64,000 bases of DNA from Chrysomallon squamiferum (GCA_012295275.1 CM022668.1:13268001-13332000); one strand, 5' to 3'; positions 1 through 14,648 are shown, counted from the first letter of the stretch. The notes: generated by a model not told the origin, from the letters alone. Made by a program: numbers and translations.

Positions 1-928
1 AGAGCAACTAAACAACATTAACTGTTCAAAAGGCGCGTGTTTTGAAGGCAGACGCTATCTTTTTACAGTTAATAGTAATGTGTTTATGGACGACAGACAG
101 TCAAGTGAAATGTCAGAGTCTTTTTGGCTTAATCTTGTTCTGTTCAATCTCCGAGTTTGGATTATTTTCGTGACCGTCTGTTGTTGTGGTCTGTTTGCGC
201 GGAGTCTGTGTGTGCGTCTCGTTTGTGCGTGATCAGTTCCTCTGTCTCTGTTTCCCTGTCTCTGTCTGCCTGTCTCTGTCCTCCTGTCTCTGTCTTTCGT
301 CTCTTTCTCTTTATCTTTATCTGTCTCACTTTCTTTCTTTCTTTCTCTTTATCTTTATCTGTCTTTCTTTCATCTCTTTATTTCTTTCTCTCTTTTTCGC
401 TTTGTCTCTTTTTTCTTTTTCTTTATATATTTATTTTTCTCCCTCTCTTTATTTCTCTCTATCTTTATTTTTCTGCCTCTCTTTATTTCTCTCTATCTTT
501 ATTTTTCTTTATTTCTCTCTCTTTCATTTTTTTTTTTTCTCTCATTATTTGTTGTTTTTGTCGTTCTCTCTGAGAATGCTTCAGTGTCAGTTAAAAAACG
601 ATTTATGTATGTATGTATAACTTTCATCTTGCACGCGCTTCTGTGCTGTGTGTCTGTCTGTGCGTGTGTGCGTGTGCGTAATATAACTGATGATAAGATA
701 CTTATTTAAGATGGAAAAATGACTTCTACTACTGCTAATATTTTCACTATTACTAACACTACCATCACAAACACTCTCTCTATGATTATATAGAATACAT
801 ATATATAACAAAAAGCAAAATAGTCAAACAAATTAAAAAATTAAAAATTAAAAACAAACAAGAAATGCATTGTATTATTTATTTATTCATTAATTCATTT
901 TATTTTACTTTATTTATTATACATTTGT

Positions 929-963
<35 letters not shown>

Positions 964-1335
964 TTTGTTTGTTTGCTTGCTTGCTTATTGTTTGTTTGTT
1001 TTTTTAATATTTATATATTTTTGTTTTTTTATTATTTTTATATTTGTTTGTTTCGTTTTATTTAATTTTATAGTTTTTGTTTTTTAATTCATTTATTTAG
1101 TTTATTTGTTTATTTAATTTAATTTTCAATTTAATTTAAAATATATCTCAGTTTTATTTAATTCAATTCAGTTTAATTCAAATTTAAATTCATTTTAATT
1201 TAATTTAATTTAATTTAATTCAATTTAATTTAATTCAATTCTATTTAATTCAGTTTAATTTAATTTAATTTGATTATTAATTTAATTTAATTCAGTTTAT
1301 TTATTTATTTAAATTTATTTATTTACTTACTTCAG

Positions 1336-1421
1336 GTACTGTCAGCAGGTGTAGCAAGGAAGGAGAACCAGTCAAAATTCCTGGTATTACTGATGACCCG
1401 TGCATTTCGTGTGTTTGCAAG
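1336..1421 (+). CDS. BMPER: BMPER/crossveinless-2, first exon in window (probably exon 2), VWC1 first half
   Basis: ttcag| ... AAG|gtaagt; reads (G)TVSRCSKEGEPVKIPGITDDPCISCVCK, resembling the BMPER N-terminal C-x-x-EGE-x-x-x-IP-x-IT-D-x-PCI-x-CVC motif; phase 1 to 0. Confidence 0.9.
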
Positions 1422-1484
1422 GTAAGTCAGTTTATATACTATACGTCAACACAAAGTTCTCATAGCAATATGTACATATACACA

Positions 1485-1594
<110 letters not shown>

Positions 1595-2076
1595 TGCTAG
1601 TGGAGGGATGAGAAACAAGAGGAGGGATATTAACAAAAATAGCTATGGAAATACACGATTAAATTACGCACATTAAAAACACATAAAATTATATTCTATT
1701 TTTTACATTAATATAACCAAGTAAATCACTTCTTTACATTTCATGTATTTTTCAAAAATATTGTTACTTTAATACTGCCCAAAAATATCTTCTATTTACT
1801 TTTTTTTACAAATGTATTAAAGATTAACTTTTTGTCAGAATTTAATATATTAAAGATTTACTTCTTGTCAGATATATTAACCTATCACGTAGTGAAACGA
1901 ACATGAGCCACGCCTTTAACTTTATTTTTTTTAACAGAAATAAAATTGTAAAATATTGATACACTTACTTCACAAAACATTTTTTTCTTTCTTTCCCCCC
2001 CCTCTTGACTAATTTATTACGAGTCTAATATCTGCACACCCACTATTTTCTAAAAGAAATAAAACATTTTTATTAT

Positions 2077-2108
<32 letters not shown>

Positions 2109-2696
2109 TACCTTTCACCTGCTCAGTTGTACGTCACGTGAGCTAAATATAAAATATCCGCAGTTTACGACAAACCTCTGAATAAAACTAACAGCGGGTA
2201 GCATCTTTCATTTATTCTTATTCTCGCGAGTTCAAGCTTTTTATTTCACGAGCAAGCCATTTTTATTTTTTTATTTTATTTATTCGAATGCAAATGCTTT
2301 TTACCTTTCCTGTGCGGCGACTGCAGACGAGAGAGACTGGGTCGCTCCCCCCTCCTCCCTCCACCTTCCGCGCACAGTTTTATACGCGCGTGCAAACAGC
2401 GGACAAAGCCGAAGATGTTGTGGTTTTCCGTCAGTTATGTTACAAATGTCGTCTATGACAGTTTTCATCTCGTTTATTTCTTTCTCCTTAACCTAATAGG
2501 ATAATAAACAGAAAATTATTTGATCCTTTAAGCAAACCGTTCCATTTGTTTTAGCATGTGTTGTTATTATAAGTAAGCACACAGACACACACACACAAAC
2601 ACGCACACGCACGCACGCACACACACACACACACACGTATACATGCACTAAGAAACAGAATACATGCATAGATGTATAAAGAAACGTGTTTATTGT

Positions 2697-2768
2697 GGCT
2701 CGTTGGTCTAGGGGTATGATTCTCGCTTTGGGTGCGAGAGGTCTCGGGTTCGAATCCCGGACGAGCCC
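2697..2768 (+). tRNA. tRNA-Pro(TGG), solitary copy inside a BMPER intron
   Basis: 72-nt GGCTCGTTGGTCTAGGGGTATGATTCTCGCTTTGGGTGCGAGAGGTCTCGGGTTCGAATCCCGGACGAGCCC; intact cloverleaf, A and B boxes, TTTT 5 nt downstream. Confidence 0.95.
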
Positions 2769-4354
2769 TATGGTTTTGTTATTATTTAGTAAACTAATAT
2801 TTTATTTATTAAATCAAAATGTGCTTTGAAAAAAATGATAATGCAATTTCCATCATAATTATGTTCATTATTTAATCATAAGAATATAAAATAAATTTAA
2901 AATAAATAAAATAAAATAAAATAACGATGTCTTGCATTCTTTGTCACAAAGCGTTATAAAATTAAACTTTGCATGTTACTTAATTAACATACTATATTAC
3001 TATTTTTTTTCTACTTACTATTCCAAATCTATAAACCACTAGAATGTTTTTTCAGTTGTTTTAAAAGTAAAAAACGTCTATGAAAAGTCCATAAGGCGTC
3101 TTTAATATTTTCTTTTGAAAACCCGAGAAGGTGCCTTTAATTACTGCCAGTAAGGAGACTTTAAATATGTCTATCGGAAAACGACAAGATGCCTTTAGAC
3201 TTTGATTTTCAAAAGCCGATATGACCCCTTTAACAGTACGTACATACGTATTGTACAGACCAGTGTCTGTGATTATTAAAACCAGTGACAGAAACATGAA
3301 GTATGAATTCAGAAAGGACAAAGATATTTTCAAATGTGGCGGCAATGATGATAATTCTTAGGAACTAACCGTCTTTCGCGTTCGTCACAATAGGAGATAT
3401 CTTTGAAGCCGTAAAGAAAATTGACATATTTTGTTCTAAAACTGGCTCGTTTTCGTCTTAGTTTGAGAAGTCGGTTGCCGTAAATAAACATCATTATCTT
3501 TCACGGTGTGGTCATTAAGTCATTTTGTTGTTACTGGGATAAACCTATAACGAGAGAGACAATCAGATTGACAGACACACATACAGACAAAGAGACAGAT
3601 AATGATGATGATGATGATAATAGTAATAGTTAAAAAAAAAAAAAAAAAAAAATCGCTCCCTTGATCCTAGAATTAATATATCTAATTTATAATCCATCGA
3701 ATATACGAAATAAAATTAAACAATAAAAGTAGATTATGAATCAGCAAGTAATAAATAATGAATAAATGAATGAATGAGTGAATAAATAAAGAAATAAATT
3801 GTGATAGAAAGAAAGAAAGAAAGAAAGAAAAAAAGTGATAAATAAAAATAAGATTTCAGTACTACGCCTCTAATATTTTTACATCTTGGTTAATTTTTAT
3901 TTATATTTATATTAAGAAAGAAAAATATGATTTAAAAGTAAAAAACGTAATAAATAAAGGATAATCACGATAATAAATAAATAAACAACTGATATAGCGA
4001 CACCTGTTGACAACACAGATAAACTAAATTACTTAAAATAGATTAGAAAATATTATGTTACTGGTATTAAAAATATAAAAATAATAATAATAATAATAAT
4101 AATAATTAATAATAATAATAATATCAAGGAAAAAATAATGACGATTTAAATTTAAAAAATGAAATATTACATAAATAGTAGTAGTAGTAGTAGCAGTAGT
4201 AATAACAGCTACTAAAACAATAACAGCATAACTATCGTAATTATAATAATAATAAAAGAAACTATAACAACGACGACAACAACAACAACAACAACAACAA
4301 TAATAACAATAACAATAGTAATAATAATAATAACAACAACAAGAAAACAACAAC

Positions 4355-4407
<53 letters not shown>

Positions 4408-5759
4408 ATTCATTGTTGCTATTCATTCCAGCTCCCTAAAACTCTTCCACAAGGTCTCGTCATTCTGTTTTCTATTCCAAACGGAATTCACTATAAAGTG
4501 GCGCTACGGAATATAGATCACTTGAGTAAGAGTTCTGCTCATTGTATATAATTTGTACAAAATAACGGGTTGGGGAGAAAGAATGGGAAAGAAAGAAAGA
4601 AAAGAAAAGAAAAGAAAAAAAACATAACAATGTCTTGCGGTATAAATTCTGTCATATTAAGACAAACCGAGCTGACAAAACGAATGACTTTATGGCGAGC
4701 TTCGTTTGGTGCGCTCTCCAGTTTCCTCAACGAAATACGAAACTTCGCATCATAAATTATCCTGCTTCCGAAAACAGCGCGCGAAGTCGAGATTAGCGGA
4801 GTAATGTTTTCGCCACATTCAGCGAGTTTCGTAGATTTAAGATTCGAGGTTCCTAACATATTACGTCCAAATGCCACCGATGGCATTTAACACGTCTATA
4901 AAATAAACAAATAAATAAGAAACTAACACTATCGTTCTGTATAACCTCATCTTGATCTTGAAAATAGATACATGACGTCACAACAATTAGAGCTTCTTGC
5001 GGTCCTCTGACGTCATAATATATTTACGTATATACAAAGGGAGGAAATCTCCGATGTTTGCGCTTAGGTAACAGATTTATTTAGGATGCAGATTTGAATG
5101 TTAATTAATAATTCTGAAAGATTATCTTTATAAATATCTACGACGAATAGGCGACGCTAAGATCAAGCTCAAGTAAGCTGTTTAGAATATTAGGTAACAA
5201 AACCCTTGTTTTGTCGCTCTTCATTTTTTTATAGTAAAACAGATAGACGTCATACACACACATATACAATGCATATATCCATACAATAGCTACATACCTA
5301 CATACATACTTCCGATAAATATATCCATAGCTATATACATACATCTAATTCATATATCCATACATTACAAACATACATGCAGTATATTCATACATAAATA
5401 CAGACATGCATATATACATATATGCATACGTACGTACATACCTCCATATGTACTTACATTCAAAGATAAATGTATATAAACACAGACAACACACACATAC
5501 AGACACATACACAGACACATCGACATTCATATTTACGTCCGTAAACATTTGGACATAGAAAAATCGATGTGCATTAGTGTGCAAGATTGGTACGTTTGAT
5601 ATTGTTTAACTATGCATAACTAGGTGCATGCTCAAAAAAAAAAAAAAAAATAAATAAATAAATAAATAAATAAAATAAAAAATAAAAAAAAATAATAATA
5701 ATAAAGTTTGAACTGGAAATAACTGCAAGGCTCATAGATCGTGTGTAAAAGTTGTTATT

Positions 5760-6365
5760 ACTCTGTCGAGTGCGCTCGGTGTTTGAGATCGGAGCCGGAC
5801 CGCCCCGTCGCAAGCTAACTATGTTATCTATCTCCATATTTCTTCTCTCCTGTCCACTAAAGTCGTGCAACAACCGAGTAAATTAACGCAGCGGCCGACA
5901 GGGTGGGTAATTACCCGCGCAAACAACCTCTTACATCTACACTCAGGCCGCCGCAGACGACACAGTCGCGCCATTTGCATTCATGCCGTCGCCATTCCAA
6001 CAATCGAAAAGCGCTCGGAGATGCGCATGCGTGCGCGCCAAACAGGGAGGGAGGGGGGGGCGGCCGTCCATTGTATTGTTAACGAAAGCAGACGGCAAGG
6101 TGGCTGTGTTTGTCGTGAGGCAAGCTAATAAATTGCATTGTGTGAAATTATCCTCCACGGCCAGGGGCTTTAAATCTTATCGGGGAGAGAAGATCGGCGG
6201 CAGTCGGCGCTCGGCGGTTTTTTTTCTCTCTCTCTGATGGCTGTAATAAAAGCGCGCGCGTTGATCGGGTCGGGGAGGGGGGCCCCTTTACACCGGGGGG
6301 TCGCAGCGTTAACGAGTGAAGGGCCGTTTCAAGATGAACCCGTTCGAAACGCGACACCGACAGGT

Positions 6366-6398
<33 letters not shown>

Positions 6399-6430
6399 AC
6401 GTAACGTTCTGTTTCGTCGCCGACTTAATT
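5760..6430. promoter_or_regulatory. CpG/GC-rich intronic island, candidate enhancer or promoter
   Basis: Sharp GC and CpG enrichment over the flanks, no credible ORF; contains GCCGCCGCAGAC, TGCGCATGCG and CATTGT motifs. Confidence 0.45.
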
Positions 6431-6558
6431 GTGTGTTTTATCACACCGCTAAATACCGGGTTGTAACAGCTACTTAGCGCTACTGGGATCGACTCTTGCA
6501 CGGAGAAAATAACAGTGTCCTTTCTGTTTTATTAGCATAAATATGACTGACGTAAATA

Positions 6559-6607
<49 letters not shown>

Positions 6608-6643
6608 TAAATGAATAAAAAAGACATAATTTTTTGTTCGCCT

Positions 6644-6712
<69 letters not shown>

Positions 6713-7465
6713 TAAAATAAAAATCCTGACTTCATCAGAATAACATTATTTTTATTCTTTTCGTAATTTTCGTTTCCTAACTTTTATTTATTTTTTTTTT
6801 TTTCGTATTTTCAACTATTCATTCTATATAATTCATAAAAAAACGATAATACATAAATTGTATTATTAATTACAATTTTTTTTACTGTAAAACACAAAGC
6901 TAGACATAAATTAAATAAGTGCCTGACAGACATCTAAGGTTTATTATTGTTAAACAATCGTTTATTTCTGTTTTACATAATATATATATATATATAAGGA
7001 AATTTTCTTCTTTGCTAACAATGTGGGACTATTTCTTACACCTTCTATTCACTTTATCTATTAAAGCCGTGTCTGAGGTAGATACACATCATTCAGGATG
7101 AGCACGATTATACATCTTTTACGACATCTAGACAGTTTTTATTTTATTTTTTTTTTTTAGTACTTTCCAGAAAGCGCGGTGTGCGGTCGGCCAGACGGTC
7201 TGGCAATACATTTCACTCGTCTGATGCAAACACTGTCGGCTTTTGTAACCGCCATTTCAATTAATGGCGGCAAAGACTGTTAAATGAAAACCATTTTCAG
7301 ATTTACAGTTTTTCAGTTTATTCCATTTAGAAGTTAATACATAAAATTATCCGAGCCGAACGAGAATGTATATTTAATTTAATAATAATCTTTTCATTGG
7401 AACTCATCAAATTTTATTTCTGATTCGTCACGCGCAGCCGCAAATTAATTTTTTTTTATTTTTAT

Positions 7466-7510
<45 letters not shown>

Positions 7511-7812
7511 ACTTTACGTTGCTTGGTGGTCTGCCTCGAGGGTTATTTCATTTACAGGGTTAAAGGTCAACTACAAGAGCTTCTCACGTGATACCTTCAA
7601 ATGCGACAGAGCGTCAAAAAGAGGAAACAAAACGAAATATTATAACTATCTTCGCCGTAGCGTGCGCTTTTACGTTCGACTCCTGCTGCCGTCTTCGGTA
7701 TATTTCAGGAATAAACTACAGTGTTGTTTATTATTATTATTATTATTTTTATTTTTACATCTTCCAGCCTAATTTTACAGTGTATATTCCAGTGTTAAAA
7801 TTCGTTTATAGC

Positions 7813-7872
<60 letters not shown>

Positions 7873-7962
7873 AATAATAATAATAATAATAAAATAATAA
7901 ATAAAATAAATAAATAAATAACTAGATGATGATGATAATAACAATAAATAAATAACAATGGA

Positions 7963-7998
<36 letters not shown>

Positions 7999-8296
7999 CT
8001 GAAGTTAATTACATCACTCTACCCTGATGAGCAAGTAACCAAAACTGCCTCATAAATCTTTTCCTTTTTGTTCCTTTTCCTCCTGGATTTAAAACACTGT
8101 CGCTATTTTTAGCAGAGGTTACGTAAGATGCGGTCTGTCACGTCATTTTCAGCTGCGTTGCCCTAGGGTACCTGGGATCAAGCGTGGAATTCGCGGGCTT
8201 AGTGGGGTTAAGGTGAAAGCTAATAGTGCGTCTGGTGTCCAGGTATTTAGAACACTGCAAACTGTCGCAAAGAGATGACGTTTCCCATACGTCTCT

Positions 8297-8339
<43 letters not shown>

Positions 8340-8456
8340 CATAAAGTTAATGAAAAAGTAGATAAGGGGAAAATAATGGAGAGAAGGTATTTTGAGGAGG
8401 GTTAAGGTACGGGAAAGAGATAAAGGGTATATGTATTTTTCTAGGAAAAAAATATT

Positions 8457-8516
<60 letters not shown>

Positions 8517-9060
8517 CCTCTTTTTTTTTTTAAAGAAATTCCTGTCTGTCCCTCTTCTCTCTGCCTTCTATATTTTTTCTGTCTTTCCTTCCATTTCAGT
8601 AACCCAAACTCAAACCCAACTACCCGTGCGTCTGTTCGACTGTCAGTCGTTTTTGGCTTTTTTTGTCTGTTTGTCTCTGTCTATCGATATAAATGCGAGC
8701 GCGCGTAGACTCATACTCAAAAAAAAAAAAAAAAAAAAAAAAAAAATGAGTCTTACTCTCTCACCCTTATCCTCTGTGCTCTCCACGAAAACACATTATT
8801 TCCATCATTCTTACAAAATTAATCTGCACGAGCAAAATCATCGCAGCCATTTTCCGTTCTTTCCCGCGGCGATAGGTTTGTGCGGCAATAGCGCGAACGT
8901 GAACGTAACCGTCTGCCGAGGCAATTGAAAAACCATTGACGGCTGCGTTAACAATCAAACCTGAGCAAGCTTTTTTTTTTCTTCTTCTTTTCTTTTTTTT
9001 TTTTTTTTTTCTTTTTTTTTTTTCTTTACCTTCTTCTTATCACTGCAAGAACACAAACAC

Positions 9061-9094
<34 letters not shown>

Positions 9095-10864
9095 ACGAAA
9101 CAAGAGTGCATGAACATTATATAGTCTCGTGGCCTTTTAATGTACCTAACACATGGAAGATATTAGTCACAGTTTATAAAATCGTACAGCAGAGAGAATT
9201 AGAGAAGCCTTGTCACACATCGAATGATATTTTTTTTTTTTTATTTAGTTTTTTTTTTTTTTTAAAAGAGAGCGAGAGAGAAATAGAAAAAAAAAAGGAC
9301 TAACATATTGTTGGAAAAAATGAATTAGTTGAAGGTATGTAAGTGTATGAGAGTTATGGGTGAGAATGGTTGTGGTTTCTGTGTTGTCGTGATGGAGGTT
9401 CGTGTTTGTTCAAATAATGAACAGTTTTAAACTTTTCCGTGTGCGCGTTTTATTTTTAGAAGTTGTAAAAATAGTTAGTGATGTGTCGTTTTCCCGGCTA
9501 CTTTAATTTATTTATTTTTATTATTATTATTATTATTATAAAATAATATTTGTAATATGATCATCATTGCTGTTATTATCAATTTATTTATTTTTGTTTA
9601 ATTTTCTACTGGTTTTTTTCTATTTTCTTTTATATATTTTCTTCTTCTTCTTTTTCCGTTTTTTTACGTCATTTTTTTTTTTTCTCTCTTCTGTTTTGTT
9701 ATGTTTTAATGTTTTTCCCATCAGCAGGAATTTTTTATCAGTTTCACGTGAAAAGAATTACAAATTACAAACAATTTAAAATAAATTAGAAAGTGTAAAT
9801 TCAGTGATGAACTGAAAACAAAACAGAAAATAAAAACAAATAAAATGAAAAAAAAAACCACAACATTTAAAAAAAAAAACAAGAGCAAAACCAAAACATA
9901 AATATAATTAAATATTCACATATTGCATTTATGAAATTTTCATTGCTGCGACTGTTTCGTCATACAATGAACGGTTTAATATATATATATATTGTTGGAA
10001 AGATATATTCGTACTACTACTACGACGACTATTATTAAAACAACGACTGCGGCCACTACTACAGTTACTACTACTACTATTACTACTGTAACAACTATTG
10101 CTGCGACTTGTTTATTATTTTCCAAAATCCACTCATAATGGAAAAAAGATAATGATAATAATAAAATGAAACATTCACCCTTGTTTAGTCAAATTTACTA
10201 GACACGAAAACAATCAAAAACACATTTTCGAGCAGAAGTTTAAGAAGAAAATTGTCGGGTTTGCTCTAAAAGCCATACAAGTACATTAAACCGCCGTTTC
10301 ATTCAGACAAGACAACGTGAAGTACCGCAATGAAATCAAAACAACCGTCAACATAAAAATACCAAAATAAGATAGCAAGAAGTCTGAATGCGCGTTTGTT
10401 GATTTTCGTGTGGCTCGTATATGGCGCTTGTCATAGGTATTTTTCGCGTGTATTTGCTACTTTAGCTAGTGATCACCGCAAGAGCTGTATAAATTCTGGG
10501 TTTATGTTTACATACATCTACTTGCCAAAATGATAGCGAACAAAGAAAATGCCGCATAGCTTTGTCTGTCATTTCTGGCAAAATAAAAAGTCTCCATAAA
10601 AAAAAAAAAAAATATTTTTTTTTTTTTTTTTTTTATATATATTTTAAAAACAGTTAACCCCGACCTCCCCCAGCATAAAAAAAGAAAGAAAGAAAGAAAA
10701 ATTAAAAAAAAACAAAACAAAACAAAACAAAACAAATACCAACAAATATACATCAACAAAAAGCAACACCCTCACAAGAACCCTCACAAATACAACAAAA
10801 AAAACAACAACAGAAAACCCCCAAAACAAACAACAAACCCTCTAAAACCCCCAAACCACCAAAA

Positions 10865-10898
<34 letters not shown>

Positions 10899-11687
10899 AA
10901 ATAATATAAAATAAAATAAAAAAAAAAAAAAATAAAAAAATAAAATAAATAAAACAAAAAAAAAAAAAAAGTAAATAAATATGTTAGTAAAATAAAATAA
11001 AATAAAATAAAATAATAAACAAAAATAGATTATACCTTCATCTTTCATTTCAGTAAAAACAAAAAAATAACAAAAAAAAACCATAAATTATTATTTTTTC
11101 TTGTTAACAGTTTGATATATAATCTACATACCAAACAAACAACAACAACGAAACAAAACAAAAAAACCCAATGTTTTTAAACAATCCATCACAATAATGA
11201 AAAGGGTATAACCTTCGACAGCCATTTCTGTAAAAACATAAAGGGAAAAAAATCATTAAAAAAGGAGAGAAAGAAAAAAAAGAGAGAATTTTACGAAAGA
11301 CAGACCGAAAAAAAGAGAAAAAAGCCAAAAAAAAGCTAGTGTTTTTCTATTTGTCATGTCATTTAGGTTTGGTTTTGTTTCAGTGAATGGTGTTTTATAG
11401 TGTTTTATGGACACCGCTGTCAAATTACTGTCAAAAACGGCTTGGAGGAAAATTTATTTACCATTGATTCAGACATTCTTGTCATATCCGTGTACATGTT
11501 AAATTTATTTGTGTCTTCGTTCTTAGTTGAATCAGTGCAGTGATTTAGGCTGACGTGATTCTAGATTTTTTCTTACATAGCTCTCTCACTCTCCTGTTTT
11601 TTTTTTTTTTTGGACTGTTTCTCTGTTTTTCTACATTTCTCTTTCTAACTGTTTCTTTCTCTCTATCTCTGCACATCTCTCCACATG

Positions 11688-11772
<85 letters not shown>

Positions 11773-11840
11773 GATGTTTGTTTTTCTATCTGCATCTCTT
11801 TTTTTTTTCTCTCTGTCTCTGCATGTCTTTCTACATGTAT

Positions 11841-11923
<83 letters not shown>

Positions 11924-12224
11924 TTCTTCAGCTTTGATCATAATTATAAACAAATATTTTGTAAAACTCATATATTAGATAAAACGGAGACATTTTATAT
12001 TAAAATATTTATTCTTTCTTCCATTCATCTGTCCATTCATTCTTTTCTTTTTTCTTACACATTCACACATGCATTTATACCAATACAAAAATAAAGATAT
12101 AAGAAAATAAGTATTGGCCTTGACAGTTAAAATATAATTTAATTATAACTTATATTAAAGTGATTATTTTCACATTAATGATGCAACACATAATCTGACC
12201 ATCAAATAAAAATCAGCAATAATA

Positions 12225-12263
<39 letters not shown>

Positions 12264-12517
12264 ATGTGGCTTTCTCACTGTCTATCTATATATTTGTCTG
12301 TCATCTCAAGCAAATATTTAAATTATTGAACGATAAAATATCTCCTAAACTTTAAAAACGATTAAAATGATTAAAATATAGCATAAACTTAATGTGTGGG
12401 TTTGGTTAGAAATATAAATAGATAGATAGACAGATAGACAGACAGATAGATAGATGGATGGATGGATGGATGGATAGATGGATGGTTGGATGGATGGATG
12501 GATGGGTTAGGGAGATA

Positions 12518-12553
<36 letters not shown>

Positions 12554-13128
12554 GACAGATACACAGGCAGATATATTTCATTCAGTCCGGAGTATAACTG
12601 TTTGGCTAAAACAGAAACTGGATTCACGTCTGGCATAATTATTATTATTTGTACGTGTCTCCGCTGGAAACATGCCAAGAATCACTACACGCTTACATCA
12701 TGCGTTATAATTATTATCTGGTAAAACGGTTTTTTCATTACGCCATTAAGCGTAATAAAGATTCCAGGCGTTGGGGAACAAACGATGCAAAGATAATTCA
12801 GCTAATTTACGTAAATTATCACCTTATAGCTCTTTAAAGATTTCCCAAGTCGTTATCCAATGCGTTGTAATTAACGCTTGGGATTTATTTTCGGAGTGCG
12901 CACGTATCTGTGTCTTTGTCGGCCGTAAACTGGTCGAGTTGTTCTTATCTTTCTGTCGGCGATAACATTTCTGCGTTAATTATTATTAAACTTTTAATCT
13001 GAGTATGGCATAATTTCAAGTATTTAATGATGATGATAGTATCTGAGTTGCTGTTAATTTTGTTTATATTGTAAATTTTACAATCTTTTAGTTTATTCTC
13101 GTATTTCTGTGTGATCTTTGCTTTTGTC

Positions 13129-13186
<58 letters not shown>

Positions 13187-13915
13187 TTCTCTTTCTCTCT
13201 CTACTACAGTTTAAAAACGAAATAAATAAATATAATTATTTAAGGAAAGCAGGTAAATCCGATATTGCCAGAATTATTTATATTTAATGCATTATTTTAT
13301 AAATCGAACTTCATTATTATTACGGGATAAAAACTATTTTAAATAAACAAACAAACAAACAACCAAACACTTAACTAAACAACTAATAAAACAAAGCAAT
13401 GATAACATCAACAACAACAAAAACAACAACCATAAACAATAATAATAATTACAATAAAAACAGATAAAAAATAAATAAATAATAATAATAATAATAAATC
13501 TTCGAAGACATTTACATACACCAATGAATTATCGCTTATTATGAAACTATTAATGTTGTCAAAAAAACATCTAAAACTACACTGGTGTCCCACGTGATAT
13601 GGCGGCGAAAACAACCCATACAACACTCGTTTTCTGAAAAAAAAAAAAAAAAAAAATACACACCACCTTTTTACCAGTCTAGACATAAACGTTCGGCTAT
13701 CTCCGTCAACAAAGATTTATAAAACACACGATTCCGCCTGCCGCCCACAACAGAGCCGGTTTCAAAAAATCTTTTCGCGTTAAAAAATGAAATATTACTG
13801 AACGAGCAGATACGAATGTTTACCCTTTGCCACAAGAAAATACCTAAACTCTGGGCACGTGATTAAAAATTTAAACTGTGTCTCCGCGCGCGTCCATTCG
13901 GTACGTGGACAGCAG

Positions 13916-13945
13916 CAGACGACACGTCGTCGCGGTACAGGCGCC
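13916..13945 (-). promoter_or_regulatory. Candidate BMP-response element (Smad1/5-Smad4-Schnurri type)
   Basis: Minus strand GACGAC-GTGTC-GTCTG equals GRCGNC(N5)GTCTG, with a GGCGCC palindrome at 13940-13945, inside a CpG-rich intronic island. Motif match only. Confidence 0.5.
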
Positions 13946-14100
13946 GACTTCGGCAAAATGGAAGCCGTCGACAATTGTGTTCAAAAGATATACCCGACGT
14001 GCGCAAATAAAGACTGTCACTTTTGGTTGGCTCTGATAAATCAGAATTTCCGACGACGTACCAGAGATAAAGATATTTTATTGGAAAAGGGGGGGAAAAG

Positions 14101-14135
<35 letters not shown>

Positions 14136-14613
14136 TACAGACGCCCTGGGAAAGGCTATAAAGAACGCGTGGGGGGAGTTTGTCAGGCGGGGGGAAAGCG
14201 CACTTGCGAGAGAAGAGTCTTCATTAATTTTCTGTTTGTTGTTGTTATTATTATATATATATATATATTTTTTAGGGGTGTTTGTATTTCTTATATTTTT
14301 TTTTTTTTTCCTTCACTCTTTATAATTGTTTTGTTTTGTTTTTATTGGTACTATTTATTATTATTTATTCGTTTGTAATTTATATATATGTTTTGTACAA
14401 TCCTTGCAACTGTATTTTGTTATATATGATTTAATAATAGTGTGTATTTTGGCACTGAATATCTTTGTAATCCTAGTGATGTAAATATTTACTTATGGTC
14501 CTGTCGCATAGCAACGCGATTATTCCTTGATAAAAACATCAAGTGACTAATGTGAGACCAGTTAGTGACGTCACTTAATTTATTTATTTTCTTAATTACT
14601 TACTTTCATACAT

Positions 14614-14648
<35 letters not shown>

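Noticed and set aside
8024-8056. CTGATGAG followed by a hairpin, possible hammerhead
   Set aside because: No CGAAA after stem II and no stem I/III pairing.
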